Assembly: GCF_964204645.1 (NCBI RefSeq)
Contig: NC_134031.1
Span: 18,607,910-18,671,909, forward strand
Length of the DNA: 64,000 nucleotides
Origin: Tubulanus polymorphus
Taxonomy: Eukaryota > Animalia > Nemertea
Reading direction: 5' to 3'
The notes under the pieces were generated by a model. That model was not told where the DNA came from. It worked only from the letters and a program-made list of their open reading frames with translations, and made no database searches. How positions within the stretch are numbered: position 1 is the first letter of the stretch; each line of letters begins with the position of its first letter. A program made the position numbers and the translations under genes. Positions 1-8,996 of the stretch are shown piece by piece.

Positions 1-3000
1 GCGCCATCTGGTGCCGAAGCGAACATCGATTTCAGCGTCGCGAAAGTGAATTCGTCAATTTGAATGAAACTTGTTTCCTAAAATAAACAACAACAGTTCG
101 AAAATTAGTCTAGTTTAAACTAAGCTCAATTTTAGCGGTTTAGTTCCTAAATTGTACTTTCGTTTGATGTAGCTCAGGGGCTGCAGTTGTTCAACTATTG
201 GTTAGAAATAACCAGCAGGTTAAAATACCATAGCAACAATGAAACTTTTAACCAACTTTTTTAAGCAACTGGCCCCTGGTTTTGTTCGCAGTTTTCTTTT
301 AAGGTTCTTACATCGTCATCGTCATCTCCGCCATTTGCAGCCCCCAACTGGTGAAGAGGAGTGTCTGTCGACTGAAAATTGAAAAGAACGTCTCAATTCG
401 TAAATACGCTATAGAAGAAACCTATACGCGGGGAAGCATGGAAGCGAGCATCCTCCCACTGCAGGGACTCGAACCTGATGGCATCGCTACACTCAGCCAC
501 GGCACGAACCCCATCCTCCCTCTGCAGGGACTCGAACCTGATGGCATCGCTACACTCAGCCACGGCACGAACCCCATCCTCCCGCTGCAGGGACTCGAAC
601 CTGATGGCATCGCTACACTCAGCCACGGCACGAACCCCATCCTCCCTCTGCAGGGACTCGAACCTGATGGCATCGCTACACTCAGCCACGGCACGAACCC
701 CATCCTCCCTCTGCAGGGACTCGAACCTGATGGCATCGCTACACTCAGCCACGGCACGAACCCCTGCATCAGTAGACCGGGTGCGCAGGTACATGCGCAG
801 CTTTCCGAACGAAAACTTGCGGCACCAATCAGATCGCTCGTTGTATAATCGTTGAGGCAAATTTCAAGGAAGAACTATAAATGGGAAAACCCGGGCTAAA
901 ATAAAACGGGATTTCTGATTGGCTAAAATTCACATCATCTGAACTGCGCATGTATCTGCGCACTCGGTCGATTATGGCAGGGTTTCGTGCCGTGGCAATC
1001 TCGATGCCATCAGGTTCGAATCCCTGCCGGGGGAGGATGGGAAGCGAGCGGTGTGTTTGAAGGTGGGGTACAAGCAGGATATGAAAATTTCATTGTCTGA
1101 TCAGTGAAATAAGATGACGATTCATTCACATCTACAGTTTAAGATTCAAACTTGATCCCCGGATTGCATCATAAATGATAAATTTGCATCAAACAGGACA
1201 ACCATCGAACCGGATGTTGGATGCAGTTCCATAGCTCTCGGTTTCAAATATGACCATGACAGGGTGGCCCCTTTCCACAAAATAATAAATTCCCTGATTC
1301 TTCCATTTCATAATGGAAAATTACCCACACGAATCTGAGGAATTTCATTTAAAATGTTACAATTCATATATTTCTTATTAATCACGTATTGAGATTCCCT
1401 GATTTTTTTCTAGAGTTTTCCAGCATTTCCAGGTCAGTGGCCACCCTGCGTATAAATCGAACACAATTAACTCACATTGATTACCTGCATTCCGTGAGTT
1501 GTAACATGTCCGGATGTTTTGGGGAAATATTGCTGAGCAGCGGGTTGAGGGTGTGCAGCTGCTGCGGCCTGCTGCTGCCGATTGGCCTAAAGATAGAAAC
1601 AATCATGAAAAAATTAAAGCAAAGCTTTGATTAAAATAGCAAATTATCGACATGATCAACATGTGATCAACCACTCTAATAACAACAAATATCTAATATA
1701 TCGTGACATCACTTTCTATAATCAAGATAATAATTGACCCTTTCAGTGCCGACTAATTAATACTCGAAAGTGCTAGAGATAATTTTTAAAGATTCCAGCC
1801 CAATGTGCTGAATAACAGTGCATCTACACCGCGGCGCAGTATATTGTTAGTTACTAATATTTCCATATGCTTGACAGATTCTGCCATCTTTCAATAGAGA
1901 TAAGAAACTAACAACATCAATACACCGTGATGCGGTGTATAAGCAAAGTCCATCACCGGTTTATAAACCGCACTGTGGTGTAGACGCACTGAAAGGGTTT
2001 TTCAAGCAGGGCCAAATTTCACAGTCATGAATTCTCGGATGAAGAAAAAGAAATTAAAGGCAAACAACAAAAATAAACAATCAAATTAACTAATCATACA
2101 ACAAACAAGTTCCTGGAAATGAAAACCGATGTTAGTATTTTCTTCTGATCTCGTCTTAAGTCACCTTAATATGGATTAGGATTAGGTGAAAACTTGTTTG
2201 AGTCTGTGTTAAGAACTGTATGCTATCATAAAGATTTAACCCTCAATCCTCCCATTCCCTCAAATGTACATAACATGGTGACCAATATCTAACCATTTAC
2301 GAATTCCCCGAGTCTTTAATATTACAACACAAAATTCCCCGAGTAAATCTACCGTAGGTTAATGGAGAAATTTCTTGGTTTACAATTCATTCATTATTCA
2401 TGAATCATAACGTGTGGTCGATAGGATCCAGATTCCCAGAGTTTCCAGGTTTCCCTGTTCCTGTGAGGGAGAAGTGGCCCACTTTCTACTTAAAATAGTT
2501 ATCAAACAAAACCAAATCTGTATCAAACTGATCAGGATTTAATGGGGTTTCTATCGATTACTGCTAACATCAAAATGCTGTAAAACAAAATCAAACAAAA
2601 AACAACACTAAGACCTAGAGTTGAACGACAATGAGAGATAAGACAGAGTCTAACCTCCTGCTGCCTGGCAGGACTCGGTTGTCTGGGGCTAGCATCAGGT
2701 CTATGATGATGATGCTGGTGTTGATGATGGTGGTGAGTTGCAGCTGGCTGAACAGCGGGAGATGCAGCCTGGTTCTGTTTACTGTATTCGTACGAGGACG
2801 CCTGCTGATAGGTGTACCCTCGAGCCATATAACCCTAACAAATAGATTCATGATTAACAAGACCGCAAAAACTACTATAATATGATCGAGTGAATGACCC
2901 TAAAATGAGAATTCATTTATTACTACAGGGTTGATGAAAGAAAGGCTGAGGCAAAAGTAAGCACTTTTTCACCTTTTTAAGCAATTTCGTCAGATCAGGA

Positions 3001-3415
3001 CAGGGAGAGAGAGATCCCGGAATTTACACACAGCTTGCTTTTTAACATCATCAGTAGTGTTTTATTTGTGAGTTGTATGCGTTTCTAATTACCTGTATAT
3101 GTCTTGAGATAGCTATTCGAGGATCGTCCCATTGCGTGTTGCGATTCGAATGATTGATATAAAAACTGCAGAATATTAATATAAAACTTATAGTTTAATT
3201 AGAATCAGTTTCTTGCGCTAATTATTACGACGATCTGTCATTATTTGACAGTTCAATTAATGCTCGGTTATTGAAACCGTTCATCTGTAAATAACGAACA
3301 TTATTCGTTAGATTCTAATCCGAACTTACTATCTGTTCGAATTCGCGTCCCATTTTCTTTCCCATCCCGGTGGAAAAGGGAGTTGCCAGTACTGAATCTC
3401 ACCAGTCGCAGCCAT
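1..3415 (-). CDS. WW-domain protein, 5' part (continues beyond window start); Q/H/A-rich linker, possible start of a CUE-like domain
   Basis: Exons 3415-3330, 3165-3093, 2834-2655, 1586-1485, 371-312 and 77-<1 have GT-AG ends and consistent phase. The translation MAATGEIQYWQLPFPPGWERKWDANSNRYFYINHSNRNTQWDDPR is a canonical WW domain split by an intron. Poly-His/Gln/Ala tracts and ETSFIQIDEFTFATLKSMFASAPDG follow. Confidence 0.85.
178..275. mobile_element. PIF/Harbinger-like MITE, family A
   Basis: TIRs GGGC(TG)CAGTTGYTCAA...TTGGTTA and TAACCAACTTT...AGCAACTGGCCC, flanked by CWG. Other copies lie at about 10585-10710, 12409-12537, 19911-20037, 47079-47211 and 50177-50289. Confidence 0.75.
449..763. 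repeat. 5 x 63-bp tandem repeat (amplified left terminus of the MULE-like element)
   Basis: Near-identical units start at 449, 512, 575, 638 and 701. They account for the repetitive ORFs in four frames. Confidence 0.95.
449..1039. mobile_element. Non-autonomous MULE/Mutator-like element with TIRs and 9-bp TSD
   Basis: About 38-bp TIRs: CATCCTCCC...GCAGGGACTCGAACCTGATGGCATCG and CGATGCCATCAGGTTCGAATCCCTGCCGGGGGAGGATG. Perfect direct repeat GGAAGCGAG at 440-448 and 1040-1048. A 9-bp TSD is typical of MULEs. Confidence 0.8.
1260..1448. mobile_element. TIR element CAGGGTGGCC...GGCCACCCTG (hAT-like MITE)
   Basis: 10-bp TIRs. Related internal TTCCCTGA/CCAGG repeats recur at about 2280-2480, 26020-26146, 31240-31480, 37900-38200 and 42990-43110. 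Confidence 0.55.
1738..1997. mobile_element. piggyBac-type MITE
   Basis: TIRs CCCTTTCAGTGC and GCACTGAAAGGG with degenerate TTAA flanks. A related copy at 44793-45014 ends in GGG-TTAA. Confidence 0.6.
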
Positions 3416-3564
3416 TTCCTGGTTCGAAAAAAAAATTTCCGCTCAGCTGGGATTCGAACCCGATATGATTGGGTAGACTCGCGTGCCACAGTACGAACCG
3501 TGTAGTTCACGCGCTGGCTTAGACTGGTTGCCTGTACTATTCAATATGTGAATATAATATATAT

Positions 3565-3663
3565 ATCCTCCCCCGGCAGGGATTCGAACCTGATGGCATC
3601 GAGATTGCCACGGTTCGTGCTGTGGCCGAGTGCACAGGTTCGAATCCCTGCCAAGGGAGGATG
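3565..3663. mobile_element. Internally deleted copy of the same MULE-like family, upstream of the WW gene
   Basis: ATCCTCCCCCGGCAGGGATTCGAACCTG ... CAGGTTCGAATCCCTGCCAAGGGAGGATG has the same TIRs as 449-1039. No TSD is visible. Confidence 0.75.
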
Positions 3664-4370
3664 TCCGTGCACGCGCACGCTGACCGGAATTCGAAACCAA
3701 CTATCTTTAATTAATATTGCCTTGTGTAGATTCTCACCATTAAAACCATGTCACCGACGAGAAAAAGACAAAAAATCCACAAAAAGCAGCAGAAGTTCTT
3801 TATAACAGAAATAATCAATACTTTTATTGACACATATAAATAACATTTACAAACTTTTCACTATTTACAAAATGTACACTTCGATATATTTACAGCAGGA
3901 CTCCTTTCACAAGAATTACGAATTCATTGAAGACAAGTGTATAAAGAGATTGAAACTTTTTGTGACTAAGTATTTAAGTGATGAAGTAGTTCAGACAATT
4001 ATGTGTAAAATCATTGGATAACATCTAAGTTTCTGACAAATTTACGAGAATTTTAAGCACTTTATACATAATAAGGAGTAGTGATCAATTTTGGTCCCCT
4101 GAACTCCATATTACAACACCAATACATTATTGTTTTAAAGCTGTTTTTCCTACTCAAAGACTTTTATCTAAAGCTCTGCGGAATGGAAGAATTCTAACAG
4201 ACATAGACTTCATTCCTCAAATACAGAATAGAAAGTGAAAATACAGACTGAGACAAGATGTTTCTTGCAACATCAAAACTTTTTTAAACAGCACAACAAA
4301 GTTAAATCTTTCTCATGAGACAGCAATAAAAATACTCCACTTTGAGGCGGTGATAGCAAAAATACTGATA

Positions 4371-4641
4371 CAGTGAAACCTTGTGTTTATAAAAATACGA
4401 CTTACTACACAATCATGGAGTCAAAAATATTTTCGCCTAAATACTAGATTTCTCTAGAAATTGGAGCCAACAAAAGTAAGTCGTCGTAGTTGTGACGATA
4501 AACATAATGTTGATGACTTATCCAAATGGCGACTTAGTAAATTGAACTGGAAATACACAAATTGCGATGCTAAAAACGACTTATCTAAAATCTGGTGATA
4601 ATCGAGTTTGACTATCGTGAAAATAAATACAGGTTTCACTG
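4371..4641. mobile_element. pogo/Tigger-like MITE
   Basis: TA-CAGTGAAACCTTGTGTTTAT ... ATAAATACAGGTTTCACTG inverted termini. Confidence 0.55.
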
Positions 4642-5125
4642 AGTTTCAAGTAAATACCGGTAATTCATAAATGCGTTCTATGATATTTTGACCGTGGTTT
4701 AAAGCTGATATTTTTCTCTACACAAATGTCACATTCTTTCGTGAAGTACGAATAACAGACCGAGTTCAACAGTTGTATCACGTCTCAACCCATAGCTAAG
4801 CTCGTAAAATTAGATCATTCAATTCATATGTTCAAAACCATTTTTCCAAAGTCAAATATTATTTCAACAACTAGAACTGGCTGAAAACACAGGTAAAATG
4901 TCTGCGATTTCTCCCTGACTGTTTTTATCTCTTGCATTGAACTGCTTGAACAAGACAGCACTCTCCCGCATTCTCACCGTCGTCTCCACTATTCCCCTTA
5001 CTTGATTTAATTATCACAGAATTCTATAAGCACCGTTTTGAGATTCATCCGTACATGACGTAGCGATGATAACGTATTGTATTTGATATTTTTTACCAGT
5101 AAAATCCGTTGAACTGTAGGTTATT

Positions 5126-6078
5126 TTACCTGAAAATAAAAATACAATATTGATTTCAGTTTTGGTAGTTTTTTTTATCTGTCCATTTCTCGGGTGGGGC
5201 AATCCATAAGCAATTTCCCAGATAGATTAATTTACACAGTTATTCAAGGTTTTGATTGGAGCCCAAAGAAAGCTCAACACAATCAATAATGAGCAAAAAT
5301 AATTTCTTAAGGTGAAGAATCCAATAAAGCAACAGACCGAAGAAAGTGGTTTTCAGTTGGCATATCTTGATCTATAAGCGGATTGAAACTAGCGAGGTCT
5401 CTCCCCCGCGGCCCGTGTGAATACTAACCAGCGATGATGATTCAGATTGTCGACTAAACGCTGATACGATCGGGTAACACTATCGGTCGTAGTCGGACCT
5501 TCTTTCATGTATTTGTGGACGCTCATCGCGACAGCACACGCAAATCCTACAAACACGTAAAAATTGGGCATTAATTCAAATTTAAATAAAATTGGACAAA
5601 AACCATGAGAAATTTCCATCTTCATTTAAAAGGATGAAGATTCATCTAATTTCTATATAAATAGTTGCCAGTTTAATTCTGACTCTAATTGAGTTTAAAC
5701 TAATCTATTTCCAATGTTTTAAAGCTTGAGTCAAATACTGTCAATCGATGAATTCCAAGCTGAATGAGGTTGAAACCGGATTATAGGTAGCAAACAAAAA
5801 CCTGACACCACAAAATAAATAGACTAGGATTGAATAACATAACAAATGAATGTAGAGAAGCCAAGATTACATACAATCGCTTCCAAGGAATGTAAACTCC
5901 AGTACAAATATAACGTAGAACTTTTTTCTCAGACAGAAATGTTTTGTTCCAGATGTTATCCCAGTTTAATGCAAGTGTTTTTACCAGGGACTTGGCACGA
6001 ATCCCATTGGTGGTATGGGTGTGTATATTTACCTATCGGTACAGCTGAACGACGCAGACGTGCTGGTAATCTCTTCAT
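5126..6078 (-). CDS. Putative 55-aa single-pass microprotein ORF2 (MKRLPARLRRSAVPIGFACAVAMSVHKYMKEG...NLNHHRW*)
   Basis: Open across exons 6078-6033, 5546-5429 and 5129-5126. An Arg-rich N-terminus is followed by a short hydrophobic stretch. Its ATG overlaps the ORF1 stop. Confidence 0.4.
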
Positions 6079-8359
6079 CAAAGCGACTTGAAGAGCGAAT
6101 CCACCGCTGAGACCTGTCAAAAATACAAACATTCGAAACATCAGTAAACATCAGGCTTTCTATCTACAGAGGCACTGAACCCTGAACTCAGTTCACTAAA
6201 CCGCAGCCAGGTGGCAGCGCGGTCGGCGAACAAGTCCAAGAAGTACCCCTGTAGGTATACATGACATGAACACATACATCCAAACGTTTACACAAGATGA
6301 CAAATATGATAATTGATGATTTTCATTGATTTTGTTTGATGTTGATTAAAATAAATGCAGAGAAAATAATTCGTAATTCCAAATGATTTTTTGTTAAACC
6401 AATGACAAGCTTCGGATGTACTATTAATTTTCAAATTAACTTAATTAATAGAGGTTTTAACAACTCAGGAATCCAAGTAAACAGTGCAAAATTTATCTCT
6501 CAAATTAGGGATTAAAATTGCTATTACGATGGTTGATGAAATGATAATTAGCAGCGAACGATTGATATTCTTTCTCTGATTTCATAATGAGAATGAGAGC
6601 AGTTTTAGTTATTTTTTGTTAGAGCTGAAATGAAAAGAGGTCACACAATAACCTTTCAGATCATTGTATATCAACTAGACAAGTGAGGCTCCACGCGACC
6701 TCGCCCTCGTCCGTCCTCTCTCTCCGCACATGTCCATCTGCTTCCGTAACCACGGCGACAATATCGTCATGGAAACAACATCATCGCATTGTATTTTTTC
6801 GTGTAACTATTTTTTCCGCAGCCGTTGAAAGTGAGACATCGCGATGTCATTCTGAAATTAACGTCAGCGTTAGGAAACAAACAAGCAACGAACTACCACC
6901 AGCAGCAGGAACATGAACCACCATCGGATTATTACTGTGGCTCAATCAATGATGGTGAAAATTTAAAACTATTCCTTGAAGTGCTAGGAGATGGATGTAG
7001 ATAGGTGTGGGGTGTTATCCAGCATGGAAAATCGATTATTTTCCAGCTTAAAAATTGCATTTATAGGGTAATAAAAAATCAACGAAAATTTGATAAATGG
7101 TTTCATTAAAGAAAATGGTTTCGATCCTGCAAACAAATTCCTTCTTTTTATTTGACCCAAATTTATAACTAAATCTAGACCAATTTATCTATGTCTGGGT
7201 CAGTTTTACAGATCAGCGGAACTATTCGCAGTCTACATTCCAGATGAGTTAACAGTGCTTGGCGCTGAGCCAGACTGTGCACGTGAACAGCAATGTCAAG
7301 GACATAAGTGTTCACGCAGTGATATCACACACGAAGGAGATCGATTGTTATTACACATCTAATTATTACCATAAGGACATAAATTATTCTGTGAGTGTAC
7401 TATAAAACATGCCTGATGACACGTAATAATTCACCGAAATTAATACCTCCCCTCAACTTAGTCTTGCCGCGATATAATCCTATTTAATAATCCATTTAAT
7501 GCAAAAATTAATCAAATTTTAACCTCCATCTTTCATTAGGCCCTATATGATATCTCAAAGCTTATCCAGGATGAAAATCTTTTAAGTTTGGCATTTATTA
7601 GGGCTATCTGTTTATCTAATAATATTCCGTAAAAAATTGTTCCTGGGCCTAGCTAGCTAGAAGGGACAGGGAATGGGTTTCCATTTCTCAGTCCATGATG
7701 GGAATGGCCTAACTCATGAGTCAAGACTATTAACATAGAACTACAGAAATTTGGGTATTTAAAGCCCCTAATCAGTGACCAGTGTCAATGATGCCAGGCC
7801 AGCCTAGGCCAGTCAACCGCACCCTCACCCTCTCGGTGAACGCTTATTAGACTCATGTTGTTAATAGTCTAATTCACATCTAAATAGGCCTACCAGTCCA
7901 CCAAACAAATTCATTTTTGAAGAATTCTTCGAACAATCCGATTAAATAAAAAATCAATTCAGTACATTACAATCATGGCTTCAAACCACAAACCTGAGAA
8001 TCTTGACTTTTAAAGTATCAAGATTTAGATTGAGAAGATCCAAAAAAGAGATGTATCTTCTCAAAGAGTTGGAAGTTACCTACTAAGAGAAACTAAATAC
8101 TTACTCAAAAATAGTGAAGCTGTAGAGACCATAACTGCTTTATTTTGGGCGTTGACTGCGCTGGAGTTTTTCTAGAAAATAAAACATACAATTGGTAATT
8201 TCTAACCAAAGAATGGGGGAGGGGGCGGGGGATGGATGGATTATTCGCCGGCGAATTTTCAGCAAAGGAAAGTGAAATAATCAGATAATTTACCTGCTGA
8301 TTTTGTTTGGAGGCAACTGCGATCGTTTCTGCTAATTCTTGCATTGCTAATGGTGCCAT
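6078..8359 (-). CDS. Putative 71-aa ORF1 (MAPLAMQELAE...STASLFLRVLLGLVRRPRCHLAAVSAVDSLFKSL*)
   Basis: Open across exons 8359-8294, 8171-8105, 6248-6202 and 6113-6078 when exon 6851-6653 is skipped. Ends in a double TGA. No homolog recognised. Confidence 0.4.
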
Positions 8360-8755
8360 CAAACGATTCACGACTTAAAATAGAAGATTGTCTCAATAGA
8401 GCGCGTTCAGTTCCCAGTGAAATATCCCGAGTCAAATGAAACCTCAAGCTCATTTACTATCTTATTACTATGTACTAATGGCCTTGACCTCTGAAAAGAT
8501 ACCATGTTTTGTGCACGTGCGTTCAATGTTTACATTCTTCAAACTCGAATCTCGATGTGAAATTTTATTCTAAGATAAATCGGTTAGTTTTTAAATGGGG
8601 GATTGAAGGATATTTCGTGTATTAAAGAGGTCCCGATTCGTATTTGGGCTTTTTAGGAGAGATACGTGTATCGGAGTGACGGTTAGATTTAAACAGGCAG
8701 TGCGTGTTGTTCACGTGCACGCCGGGTGAAGGTCGAGAATGCCGGCTAGCTCGAA

Positions 8756-8965
8756 TGACGTCACCAGGAAACCGCCGTTCACCGTTCACTGTCCTGATAG
8801 ATTTCATTTTTCAGACAAATATTCTCCCGTCTTTATAGGTTATACACGTTTTGTTATGAATAAAATATGAAAAAATAAAAATTAATTCTCCGATGAGGGA
8901 ATTTCAGGGAAGCCCATTGAATGACGACATTTAGGAAATCCCGAAATGCTTACGAAATGACGTCA
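8756..8965. promoter_or_regulatory. Bidirectional promoter with two palindromic CRE sites
   Basis: TGACGTCA at 8756-8763 and 8958-8965, between the divergent minus-strand transcript and the UCK start codon (8997). Confidence 0.6.
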
Positions 8966-8996
8966 TTGGAAAACTACTACCTGCCATCATCGCACG

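Larger units (their letters stand above)
3805..8740 (-). other. Multi-exon transcript divergent from UCK encoding only short ORFs (candidate microprotein gene or lncRNA)
   Basis: GT-AG-bounded exons 8569-8503, 8373-8294, 8171-8105, (6851-6653), 6248-6202, 6113-6033, 5546-5429, 5129-5002 and 4880 onward, with AATAAA on the minus strand near 3825. The first exon and both ends are approximate. Confidence 0.6.

Noticed and set aside
351-860. Four overlapping repetitive ORFs, a CRISPR-like periodicity and a hammerhead look-alike (CTGATGG...CGAAC)
   Set aside because: The 63-bp unit is a stop-free multiple of 3 inside an intron and has no unique spacers. The hammerhead core needs CUGANGA and GAAA, and both are mismatched.
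6653-6851. A frame with three in-frame TGAs linking ORF1 to ORF2 (selenoprotein or readthrough idea), and an antizyme-like frameshift
   Set aside because: The number of stops is what chance predicts. There is no selenoprotein motif, no SECIS that I could identify, and no UCC-UGA site or antizyme homology.
8376-8500. Possible intronic H/ACA snoRNA (two hairpins, terminal ACA) on the minus strand
   Set aside because: No ANANNA H box between the hairpins, and the ACA is too close to the 3' splice site.
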